Shown piece by piece: positions 37,040 through 49,440 of a DNA stretch of 64,000 bases. The notes beneath the pieces are model-generated. The model was not told the origin of the DNA and made no database searches. It saw only the letters and a list, made by a program, of their open reading frames with translations. The stretch is from contig QPGO01000065.1 of NCBI GenBank assembly GCA_008632985.1, positions 124,001-188,000 on the forward strand. The letters run 5' to 3'. Every line of letters begins with the position of its first letter. Within the stretch, counting starts at the first letter, position 1. Made by a program: the position numbers and the translations under genes. The stretch is from Psammoneis japonica (lineage: Eukaryota).

Positions 37040-38150
37040 TGTCCAAACAAGGCATGCACAAAAAGAGGTTCGTTGGTTTTTGACACATTTGCCAACAACA
37101 CATCCGTCTTCTCCAATTTCTGTGTCCAGACCCAGAAAGACTGCAGGCGGTGCTTGTTCCTGCAGCTCTCAGAATCTCACATGTGAAAAGTTCTTTGCCA
37201 TGTGTGACACTCTTCAAAAAAGGCATGCACAAAAAGAGCTTCATTTGTTTTTGATGTGTTCACTTGCGTTGCATCCATCTTCTCCAATTTCTGTGTCCAG
37301 ATCCAGAAAGACTGCAGAGGTGGAGAGTGGGGAGGCAACCCATTGGAGGTTGCCTGAGTTGTTGGGCTCATTTTTAAAGGCTTCCCAAGTCTCTCCGCTG
37401 TTTGTGGTCAAGAGCAGCAGGGGGGGTCGACTGCAACAACCGCGGCAGCTGCCAATTCCATGTCGATGGGTCGGGAACTGGCAGCAGAAGCTCCCGAATC
37501 GGCGGCGGCGGTGGATGCACCTGCAAGTCTACGTTGAGGTTTCAATTGGTTGCTGTTGTTGTCCCGTGCACTCTCACAAAGTGTTTTGCATTTCTTTGCA
37601 CTGAACAAGGTGGATCAGAGCAATGTTGCTTCACATGGTCCTGAATCGGCTTCGAGGGGTCGGGAACCGGCGGCAGAAGCGACCAAATTGGCCACGGCAG
37701 ATGCACCAGTGAGTCCATGTTGCGGTTTCAATTGGTTGCTGTTGTTGTCCTGTGCACTCTCACAAAGCATTTTGCACTTCTTTGCAATGAACAAGGTGGA
37801 TCAGAGCAGCGTCACTTCACCTGGTCCGGAATCAGCAGCGCTGGATGCACAGGCAAGTCCATGCATTGACGTCTCCATTGGCTGTGGTTGGCTCATCTTT
37901 GTCATGCTCTCACAACGTTTTCTGCACCGTTCGACAATGAATGAGGTGGCTGCCAGTGCTGGCAGTGGCTCTTCAAGAAAGAGAACTGCAGCAGCTGCTA
38001 CAAACTCGCCTGCTCCAGAATCGGCGGCACCAGATGCACCGGCAAGTCCATGTTGCTGTTCCTGTTGGTGGTGTCAGTTCATCCACATTGTGCTCTCACA
38101 ACGCATTCTGCACTTTTTTGGCAATGAACAAGGTGGCTGCAAGCAGTGGC
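37040..38150 (+). repeat. Tandemly duplicated exon-intron units of a degenerate gene
   Basis: Four related intron-like units start at 37523, 37709, 37853 and 38042, most ending ...tgaacaag|gtgg. Two other related units start at ~37050 and ~37220. Confidence 0.65.
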
Positions 38151-40982
38151 ACTTAAAGAAAGTGAGCTGCAACTGCTGCAGACTCTGGGGTGTTGTCTCC
38201 GTCGGCGTCATTTAACTTGAATGCAAACAACAAAATAGAATGTTCATGGCACAATGCAAATGATTTTAATTTACAGGTTTTGCAGGGACAGAGGGTGGGC
38301 ACTCTCATGGGGAAAACGTGCCCCTGTTTCATGGTGAAACATTTTTTCTCATGGGGAGGGGGGGTCTGATCCCACAGCATGAAAATGTCAATCTGTCACA
38401 GTTGACATGTCATTGCCAGCTGCACAACTGATGAGGTTTGAAACCATAAAAAAATCATCTGTGAAAGGAACAAAAATCACAATGAAAAGATGTGTGATGA
38501 TCACTGCATTGCACGCTCTGATGTGGACACCGACGGGTTCCAGCCCCAGGCGGGACTCCGTGTGACATTGGGCCCGTAGAATTCTACGTGCGAGCTCCGC
38601 AGCACGAGAATTTAATCGACGGATGTGTTTGTCTTCAACATCAAATAAACGGCCAAGTTTGTGGTGCAATTGCGCCTCTTGCCACTCGATGTTTTTGCAA
38701 ATGTGCCTGCCCTGCGCGATTCTCAAGACATTGTAGAATCGCGCTGCAACAAAAAATGTCAAAAGCTGTTGGACGGATCGCTCAATGAGTGCACTGCACC
38801 ACAAAATGATGCTCTACAAAATTTTTTTCACAACAGTCTCGCACAATTCTGCACACGCGACATGCGGTGCAATCCAAAAAACCATCGATGCCACAGTTCA
38901 GCAGTGCGAGGTCCCGTCACCTCTAGAGAGCTGGGATGCGTCCACCGCAAATGATGGCCTGTCCGTCAGGCAGTGTGTCTCGAGGTGCGCCGTGGAGGTG
39001 TGACATGCAGTTCCTGCAACTGACTGACACCTCGTCACCACAAAGCATGGTCTTCTGACAACAACCCCAGATTGGCAAGGTGCAAGTCGTTCCCAAAAAA
39101 ATGATCCAAAATTGTTCAGGTCATGTCTCAGACCTCCTTTGCAGATTGGAAGGCAACAAGAAACACAAAATGATGCACACATGGTGGTGCATCGTCTTGA
39201 GGTGCATCTTGGGGTGCCGGCACTCCGTGATGTGCATCTCAGTTCCTGCAACTGACAGACACCTCATGCCTCGTCACCACAAATCATGGGCCCAATGTCA
39301 ACAACCCCAGATTGACAAGGTGCAGGTTGTCCCTGTCCTCCTCTGCAGATCCGAGGGCCACAAGAATCAAAAATGAGACACCACCTCTCTCTGGAGATGG
39401 GAAAAAGACAGAGACGGAGAAGGGCAGGCCCAAAGTGTGGACAGATGGCTGAAGTGAGGAGTTGTCAGCAAGGGCACCGGCGGGAACATTCGTCAATTGA
39501 GACACAACAAAAATGTCGTTGCATGGCTGCAACATCTGCGACCACACGAATCCACGACCACCCAAACCACCACGCAAGAACAAATCCATCACCCTTGCAT
39601 TCCCTGCAATGCCTCAATGACATTGTCCCTCTTGCGACATGTGCAATGCCGTGTCCAGAACATTCTACCCAATGCCACAATGATGCGCACATTGTTTTTT
39701 GTCTGCATCCCAATGGGTGCCGGTGCAACTGATCCAACACATTTTTTGGGTGCGTGCTCTTTTTCTCAGAATGTTCTTTGTCAAGTGCAAGGCATGCACC
39801 CAATCCAACCACGATGATGTGCCCTGAATGACACATCATTGTTTTGTCACTGAACAATGTCGCCCCATCATTGCTGTTCCCCATTTTGTTCTTGCAGGCA
39901 GAGGACATGACTCTTCTTTTTTGTCATGTGCAAAATCACAGCAATGGATTCAACCAATGATGCCGCAGCAGTGGATGTGGTGTGCCGCATGGAGGTTGTC
40001 TCAGCCATGTTGGGTTTGCTTGTTGTCACAATGGCCCTGGTCTTGCTGGCATTCTTGGTGGTGACAGCACATTCACCGGTGGCCGTCCTGGGCTGTGGTG
40101 GTGGCCGTGGTGGTGGGCATGGTTGTGGCCACAGTGGTGGCCCTCCTTTTGCATCTCATGGTGGAACATCTCGTGATGGCAGCGATGGTGATGGCGATCG
40201 GGTTGGCGGCAACAGCCTTGAAACTGCTCACCGTCCCGCGATCAGCCCTCCCGATGCATGTCATGGCGGACATTCGGATGAGAGCAGCAGGGGTGATGGT
40301 GGTCGCCCAGGCCGTGGTTTTGGCCATGGTGGTGGCCCTCCTTTTGCATCTCATGGAGATGCTCCATCCACACAACCACTTCTATTGAATCGTTCAATGA
40401 ATGTATGTAACCTTTATGTACTTCGGTCATAGAGGCATTCGCAACATTCGATTGGGATGGAGGCAACAACAGCGAAAATGCATGAGAAGCAGTGGATGAG
40501 GAGAAAAAGCATCTAACGGAAAAAATCGAGCGGCAATCGCTATACCAGATGCTTCCAATAGGGTTTAAAAAGACTCTTCCGATGCGATTACCACTCGATT
40601 ATCAACATCAACGCCGCCGTAAACGATTTGCTCACCATGGTCGAAGTCTTTTTTTCTCGTGCAAAAAGGACGAGGATTGTGGGGTGGCGGACGAACGTGC
40701 AAAAAATAGTTTTAGTCGAATTATTCAGCTATAACGAATTCTTTTTTGTACCAATGATGTACGTACCTTTCTACACTAATATAACGTATAAGAGTATTGA
40801 CATAATAATAAGAAATCCTTCTAGATCTTTTTGAATATTTTTATAGTGAATGTAGATATTATTGACGACGAGAAATGACACCGACGAGAGCGGCCGGGAG
40901 CAACTTGAAACTCAACACAATGACGAGAACATTGAAATAGAAACAGCTCCGCTCGCAATCTTCACGTTGTACAACCAACACA

Positions 40983-42065
40983 ATGAACTCGAACCAAGAG
41001 CCCTTCAACGAAGCAAACCCCGATCGCGCTGGTGCCGGTGGTGATGGTGAGCAGCCTCCGCCGCCTCGCGTGGAACCGGCATTGTCGGAAAGATCGGCGT
41101 CATCGGCCGAGGTTGTTGCTTTGGTAAACGCTATGGTGCACTTAGTCAACAACGCCATCCTTTTGGAGCATGGGTGAGTGATTTCTGTTGCTTGATTCTG
41201 TGCTCTTATTTCTTGTATATGTCTCTAACGGTTTTATCGTTTCTGCGCTGTGTTGTTCTTTCCGAATTATAGTTTTGCTCCTCAAGGTGTCACGGGCGTG
41301 CCACCCGGTGTGCCAGCGTTGTCGGAAAGATCTGCGTCATGGGCCGACGTTATTTCAATGACGAGTAACCTCGTGGATACCGTCAACAACATCGTCCTTT
41401 ATGCCCGCGAGTAAGTCATTTCTGTGACTTGTTCCTGTGCTTTTATTTTTTTTTGTCGATGTCTCTGACTGTTTTATGCTTTTCGCGCCGTGTTGTTCTT
41501 TCCACGATACAGCCTTGATCCAGCTGCGGCGGCTCAGCCTTTTGGCGCCGCCGCAAACCAGTCCAACAATTCTGGGCTGGCTTTTGGCGTGCCGAGTGCG
41601 TCGACTGGATCTGGTGGGACTGTGGCGGCCCCTCCTGCTGCGGCTTATCAGCCCCCGCCTGCTGCTTTTGCGGCTTATCAGCCCCCGCCTGCTCTTTTTG
41701 GTGGTGCTATGGCGGCCCCTCCTGCGGCCAACCAGCCCCCGGCTGCTTCTTCGGGCTTTGGGGTCGCAAATAATGCGCCACCGCCAGTTGACGAATTCGT
41801 CGTCAACGCTGCAAACGGCGGCTTGATATCAGATGGTGCCGACGCTGGTTGGACGGTTGTCATGCCTTTTGCTGACATGGACAACCAGTCGGGCTCAGGA
41901 GCTGCTTCGGATGGCGCGAATACTTTTGGTTCCCCCCCTGCCAACCCCACTGGTGGTTCTGGTAATTCTGCGCCCGGCGCTGGATTATCATTTGGTGCCG
42001 CCTCGGCTTCGGATGGTGCCGGTGAGCACAACACCGGTGGTTCTGATGCGGAGGAGATGAACTAG
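40983..42065 (+). CDS. Paralogue of the PPAPFGG low-complexity protein with a duplicated exon-intron unit
   Basis: ORFs 40983-41177 and 41490-42065; donors GTGAGT (~41173) and GTAAGT (~41411); the 'ALSERSAS' exon occurs twice. Confidence 0.45.
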
Positions 42066-45000
42066 TCTCCTACTACCAACAAGTACAAGTCGGAGTAAGT
42101 AGAGGATGGTGTTGGGGCAAGTATTTTTGCAAGGCGTTCTGCCACTGTGCCAGATTATACCGCCATGCAATAACGAGGAAGCAGAACCAAGACCAAGGTA
42201 TTGTTATTTTTTGCACTAGCTACAATATCGTAGAATAAGAAAAAAAATAGACCCAGAGGTTTTGTGAAATGATAATTATGCAGCTCACTTAACAGTAGGT
42301 TACGAATAAAGATTTTAGATTTCTGTGATCGTAGAGTTGTTCCTTCTTGAGTTGAAGGAGTAGGCCGTAACTTCCACCACCGCCAACTTTTCGTGGAGCC
42401 TTGTAACAGCTCTCGCCGGCCAATAGGCTACTCTCAGTATGGCCATCGACCAGAGCGGCTACCTTCCTGGACTTCCCCCAACTAACCAGAGCTTGAACTT
42501 GACCTATCCAATCTCTACCTCTAGAGAGGCCTTTCCAAAAGCATCAAACGCAGAAGAACTGCCCATCCGCAACACATCATTCAACTTTGCGGTTCAATGC
42601 CAATACACCGGAGGCACTAATTGAACACCTGGCAGCTGTTCTCCAACCGCCCTTGCTGCTCGGGAGTGGTCCAAGACTGACTCCATCAAACTTGTCGACC
42701 AGCCATTATGTTGTCGAGCGACATGCCGACAATCCCCCCCCACAACCTGTGCTGTTACCCTATCCGCCACACCATTTAAGTTAAAGGTTGCACTACTTAA
42801 GGGCAAATGCAGCATGTGGGTTCCACTCGCAAGCGACAACGTGAAATGCCTTGCTCTGTTGATCAGAGCCGGAAGAGCATAACGACCAATACGTGCGCAC
42901 ACATCCAGCACCAAATCACCGTCTTGCACCCCTTCATTTCAAAATCATTTTTTTCTCGGTGACATGCCCCAAATAATGAACGTAACTCGCGTCAAATCAA
43001 AGCTCTATCGAATTCGCTTTATCTCAATGAGGGTCGCATCAACCCGAGGGTCGTCCCCACCGTTGATTTTGGCACATAATGTAATCAATGACAAGAATTA
43101 GCCTTCTTGTATAGAAAAGGCACGTTGAAGTAGGACCAACGTTCTGTTGTCGCCCAGAATAGCACAAGTATTTTCGTACATGTGAAACAGATAATATTTC
43201 GTAATCCTTTGTTTCACATATTATCTTGCTTGCTTGAGTTGTGTTCCTAGAAGTGGCTTGTTTACATCGAGCATTGCCTCCATAAGCGCTTGCTGAGTTC
43301 TCGTCATTCTAGCCTCGCTGCTGTAAAATACCGCCGTGGAAAGCTTCTTGCGGTTTCCCAACCTTTCGCCCAGTGGCGCAACCGTACTATGATGCTGATT
43401 GAATGAAAACGATTGGAACAGCAATCAACCAAAGAGAACGTTGGGATAATTCGACTGAAACAGACCATGCATCGCGGTCCAGATCCCAGGTCGTGGTGTC
43501 AGTCGTGCGTGTTGTTCGTGTGTGTTTAATTAAGTCGTGTGTGTTGTCGTGTGTTGGTCGTGTGAATCGCGTTTTTATCTTGTCTGGGTTGACGATTTAC
43601 GACCCCTCGCGACTACCGGTTACTCAGCACGCTCCTCTCATTACGGTAACACCGTCCAAGCACCACAAATATGAATGAAACTGCCTCGTCGCGGCCTAGG
43701 CCCTACTCCTTCAACTCAAGAAGCAATGCCACCCGATGGCGACATAAGAGCGGCAATCCATCACGCGTCACAGCGCTTTCCGAAAGTCCAACCCTTAACA
43801 GACATCGCAGTATCAAGAGACAGATACCGGTTTGGTGAATGATACCGACTTTCAATCGCGATTTGTCGTACAGAACGAAGCGGTCGGCCCATCTGACCCA
43901 AACACTGAAGTGCAGCTACTCTAGTAGACGAGGAGACGACTAGAGCTTCATGGGCTGATACTGGTACTAACTCAGATTCCGCCGCTCTATCAAATAATGC
44001 AGTACGGCTAGACAAGCCCTACGTCGAGACTCGATGCGAAATCTCCAATCCAAATCAGTCACCACCACGACAACGGACGTTTCTCCATCTTCGATGTGGG
44101 TCCATTCCTCTTGGAGAACGCGTCAGCGTGCAACACTCTGTAACGACAGAGAACGCTCACCAAGAAGCAACCACTTTGCCACGGATCGATAATGATGGCG
44201 AACCCCTGAATATGGACGAGGACATGGTTAGAGTGGAACTCAGTGGCCAAGCCATCATCAACCATTGCCGAATCTCTATCAAGGCTCCATCGGAGTCATT
44301 ACAGCAAGGTTTTGACAGACCTGGAGCAAGCACCCCAGGACAGTCTGTATTTCAATACTTGCGTTAAGAAAGTGTTGGGGGGGGGGGGGGTGTGTGGCAG
44401 CTACTCGCAAAATCTGGAGCTTTGAAATCCAAATCTTTGCCGTCCACCCTGCGGATGGATGAACGGGATCCTCCTTTTGCTGGCATGTCCGAGATGCAGC
44501 TTGACGATTCTTCTGTTGCTGCAACCATGTCTTCGTGAGGGAGAAGTGCTCTTTCAGTTTTAGCAGCAATGCAACAAAGGATCGACTTGACTATGACAGA
44601 CTCGAGCTTTCTTTATCGCGAGCCAGAATGTACCTAGGGAGCATCTCGATCGATAAGCCATGCCTCGCCTTTGTCCTCATAGCTTGACAGATCGAGGAGG
44701 TGGATCAACAATATAGCTCCGCGATGGTTCCGATAATAAATGAGGATTCGGAGAATGAATCTTCACAAGTCGGCGGGAGCATGTCTCAAGGCTTTGCCCA
44801 GCATTCGGACAACAGCTTTGTCTATACGCAAGTAACACATTTTAAGCAGTGCTTGGATGAACATGATTTTGAGTTATCACAAAGCAACAAAGAGCCGTTA
44901 GCAAGAGCCGACGAATATCGATACCGAAACTAAAAATCTACCGCGGTGTACGAACGACACGGAAACGTGCAGCTACTCATCAATTACAAAGGCATGCTCC

Positions 45001-47149
45001 CAGTAGCGTAGACGAGGCTACAATGAATAACACATAGGGGCTAAACTCAATCGAGGTCGCAAAGATCAATGAGCATGTGAAAAGTCGAGAATTAACAGCA
45101 AACTTCATCCAGAGGACATAGCGAAGGAGTGTTTGGAGGCGGCAAAGTGAAAAGCTGAAGATACAACGGCAGATACGATCGACGACGCATCGTTAGGACC
45201 ATGCTTCTTTTCACCCGCGGATCGACAGTCCAGGACAAGTGTTTCTGCCAAGCGCCTCGCTAAAGCCAGCCAGTTGTTGAGGAACAAAAGGACAGATACT
45301 ACAAAATAAATCGCCTCAACCCAACCCTCCCAAGGAGAACAAGTCTGAGCACCCCGCACCACCATCAGTCCAACCCATAGCCACGGCACGAAAGCAGCAC
45401 TCCTTCGCTCCATTCTTTTATGGCAAACTGCAAGAAGTCTAGAATATAACTCTTTAGCAGAGAGAACGAAGCGTGCAGAACAAATTCAGGCTAGCAAGAG
45501 CATAAACGGCAAATCGCACCGTCCGAGGTCATGAAGGACGTAGGGAAGCTACTGTTGCAAAACGTGCAAGTACGACTACCATTATTATGAGGCGAAACGT
45601 ACTGCCCCACATCTGCAAGGAAGGAAAGCTTCAAGAGGCGACCACCTTGATTCCTCTGATGCCCATTCCGAGCATATGCATGAGCATTGCTTGGCCGCAG
45701 CCGCCCCACGAAGCGCCCAGCCCTACCAATGATTCTTGGCTTTGCGACATATTGTAAGAAGCTATAGTGAGTGTCTCGGTGGTGAGTATCGCACAGGCAG
45801 GGCAGCCACTAGCTGGAAATGGCGCTACTGAGACTTCTTTGGGCTCAAGCGGAACCTTGGAATGCGCGCCCCTGTCTCCACAAACTGGTTTTGCAACAGG
45901 TGAAAAGAAGTTAAAGATGCCTGTATCTGTATCGACTCTCCAGAATGCGCAACAACTGCCAGCGATAAAGAGTTTCATAGATAGGCCTTCGGACACGAGT
46001 ATCGCCAAGAAAAACGCGTCCGTTCCTCCATTTGTCGGGTTTTCGAGTTCTGGTAAGAATGCTGCAATACGTGTCTCGTCGGCCAGCCTTGAATAGGCAG
46101 GACAGCTATCAAGACAGAGCGCAGCGGATAGTTCTGTGGACACAGGCTGGTCTTGGAAGGTGCGCAATTTTCGCCACAAACTAGTTTTGCGGTAGCTGGA
46201 TCGAATCAAAGATACTCTAGTAGCTGTATCTGAAATACGTCTTGAAAAGGCATGACAGCCGCTAGCGAGAAAGAGTGACTCAGACAGGCCTTTGGACACC
46301 GATCGTGCGTCGCTTCCTCCGCTTGGTGGCTCCACTACCGCAGTTAAAAACTCTGCCATAAGTGTCTTGGCGGCACTTCGTGAAAAGGCAGGACGGATAC
46401 TTTCGAGTAAGAGTGCGATGGATCCTCCATAAGCCTCTAGCAGCGCTAAAGGGAGATTTTCTTCTTTCTCTCTCTCTGGCGTCGCCACAGCCGGTGCGAA
46501 GTCTACAACAATAGTCTCGGCAAAGAGCCTCGAAAAGGCAGGAAAGACGCTAGGGACGCGAACTGTTCCACGCATTTTGCGAAACCTCTCCCTCCCCAGC
46601 CGCCTTCGCAATAGCAGGGTACAACTCTGCGATCACTGTATTATCAGTTAGTCTTGAAGAGAACGGGGAGATGTTAGCGAGCGTGAGTGGAACAAAAGAT
46701 ATGCAATCAGACTTAGACTCAAGCCGACTCATAATGATTCGGTCGGAGAACCTCCGACTCGTCCAGAGGTAGACGTTGAATCTTCATCTTTCGCTTCGAG
46801 GTGCTTGATTACTCGTGAGAAAGAGGAAGCATCCTTCTTGTTCCAGAGTCTTGAGAGCGACGAGGCAGTATCTACTCAGTTTTTCACAGCTGCCAAATAC
46901 CGCGGAGTGTTGTGCACCAGGTGCTAGTACTTCACCGTCGGAGGTGTCTCCTTGCTTGGATGGAACAAAGATACTGATAAGAGACCGCGTTTCCGATATC
47001 TAGAAACATCTCTTCAACAACAACAACAACCACTCTTGTCATTGTTGCCAACAAGCACTCACTTTTCTTTTCAACACTATAGATGATCTTTGTGTTTCTG
47101 TTTACATTTCAATTGCAACACAAGCACAAAGAACATTCGTCACTAGGTG

Positions 47150-48500
47150 TTGGCTGATGAGGTTGTTTTACTGCCCGTTTCGCGAAAGACTTGCTCATGG
47201 CTGTGTCGTCGTAGTCACCACTTCTATGATGGGCTTTGCCATTCGTCTGAACTAAGGATGGCACATTGCAACTAGATGCGTCTCAGTCTTTCATAAATTC
47301 TAGCAGGTCTATTTTCTTTTAGCCTCTATGGTGTTTGTAACAATTTCTAAATAACAACACCCATATGATGCACGTTGTCGTGTCGCCCATGTTGTAACCA
47401 CTGGTTGTTGTCCAGTGCATCAAACGTTAGAGCAACCGCCCCACCCGCCGGCATCACATGACGTGAAGCCACCGTTTATAGCGTTGACGACGCCTTCGTC
47501 AACTTGCGGTGGCGCATCATTTGTGACCCCAAAGCTCAAAGGAACTGGCGGGGGCTGATTAGCCGCAGCATCAGGGGGCACCACAGTCCCACCAAAAGGA
47601 TCAGCCGGGGGCTGGTTGGCCACAGCAGGAGGGGCTGCCACAGCACCACAAAAAGGAGCAGGCAAGGGCTGATTGGCCACAGGATAGGAGGGGGCACCAC
47701 AGAGCCACGAAAAGGAGCAGGCAGGGGCTGATTAGCCACAGGAGGTGCCACCATGTTCCCACCAAGAAAAGGAGCAGGCAGGGGCTGATTGGCCACAGGA
47801 GGGGATTGGTCACAGGAAGGGCCGCTGCAGTCCCGCCAGATCCAGTCAAAGCATTCAGCACACCAAAGCTGGTCCAGAGTTGTTGGACTGGTTTGTGGTG
47901 GTGCCAAAAGGCTGAGTTGCCACACAGCTGGTTGATGGGCCATCGGCACAACAACACTTTGTGGTGGAGCAAGGCTGCATTGTGGAGAGGAGAACACAGC
48001 ACAAAACATGCAAAACAGTCAGAGACATTGACAGAAAATGTCAACAAAGCAACAAGAAGTCACAGAAATGACCAACTCATGACACAGAAGATGACATTGT
48101 TTTGATGGCATCCACCACCATCTTGCTTGTCATCTCAACAATGTTGTCCAATGATGCTGACAATGCTGGCAAGCTTGGTGGTGTGAGCACTTGAGGCATG
48201 CCAAGATGGCCTGGCGCTGACCTGTTGTTGCCTGAGGCTGCCCATTGCCAGCAGGGCTTGGAAAACACATCTGTGGCAAGTGGCAGTTGCTGAAGCAGTG
48301 GCCTCTGCCTCATTTTTCCTTCTCTCTGAGTTCACACTGCACTTGCATTGCCCCGTGCTTTTCCAGGGCAATCTGTCCAGCCTTTTTTCTTTCATTTGGA
48401 GTCTTCTTCTTTTCCCATGGCTTGCTCTGTGGCTTGGAATCCTTGGCCATTGTCTGTTGCACAACTGTGAGTCTTGGTTTTTCTGTTGTTTGTTGGTGCT
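47150..48500 (-). pseudogene. Hypermutated copy of the 3213-4486 gene and its 3' flank
   Basis: 'VVQQTMAKDSKPQSKPWEKKKT' vs 'VVRQTMAKDSKPQSKPRRKKKT'; PAPF repeats retained; frameshifted. Confidence 0.8.
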
Positions 48501-49409
48501 TGCTTTCCATCATTGCTTTTGAGTTTTTGGTGAATCATTGTTGTCATGATGTTGAACAATTTCTTTAAATTTCTGTTTGTCAATTGTTTCTTTCTGAATC
48601 TTTGCACACAGTGGAATTCCATGACCCTTGGCAGCAATGTTCAAATTTGAAACATGACTGAAGACAACAGATTTGTGCAGAGTGACATCACTTCCCAAAC
48701 CTCATTGGCCCAACTCAAAAGTTCCCAGTTTAGCATGAAAAACAGCATGTTGCACTTTGATGTGTCTCAACAATGGCAAAAATTGTTGGGTGAATGCAGC
48801 TTTTGTGGGGGGTCTTTTTCTGTTGTTGTCATGGAGAGGTTGGTGCATTGGTTTGGCTGGTTTTCTGTTTTGACATGCTGTGGTGCAACCGCAGTGTGCC
48901 TTGACTCATGACTCAATTATTTCACAGTGCACATGACATCTGAACAGTCCACAATGTTGCCAAGATGTGCATTTTCCTTGAGCAATGAAGCAGTCATTGA
49001 CGGTGCACTCAGTTGTTCCACAGTGTGTTGTTGTTTTTTAGAGTTGGTGTCCAGTGGAGTTGCAACGGCGTTGGATTGATCTGCCACTGCATCGGGGGAC
49101 GGGGGGTTGTGTTGACCACAGGCACTGTGTGCATGGGCAGCTCTCTGCACTGTTGAGTGGTGCATCCATTGTGTGGTGAGAATCTTTGAGGCAATTGGGG
49201 TGTTTAAGGCAACTGGCCTCCTGCCAAACAAGAGGACAAGCAAAGGCTCAAGCACTTTGGATGATGTCAAAAAGGATCAAATGCCAAAGAGTGGCAAACT
49301 TGGCAAGTGCTGCATTTGTGCAGTCATTTGCTGCCTCTCTTGTCATGCAGGTGCAGCGGTGGTTGCTGGTTGGCCAACAACTCAAGACCAAAAGCAGTGA
49401 ACAGAGAGT

Positions 49410-49411
<2 letters not shown>

Positions 49412-49440
<29 letters not shown>

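Larger units (their letters stand above)
40745..48670 (-). repeat. Right arm of the large inverted duplication; its distal ~1.1 kb is TA- and CG-hypermutated
   Basis: Reverse-complement collinear with 3000-12470; lacks left-arm segments ~4746-5587 and ~9330-9514. Confidence 0.9.

Noticed and set aside
38425..38446. CTGATGA...GAAAC hammerhead-like core
   Set aside because: No convincing stems and not within the Penelope repeats.
33500..40380. Many long overlapping Cys/His-rich ORFs on both strands
   Set aside because: By-product of TA erasure (loss of TAA/TAG, Tyr->Cys/His); no recognisable domains.
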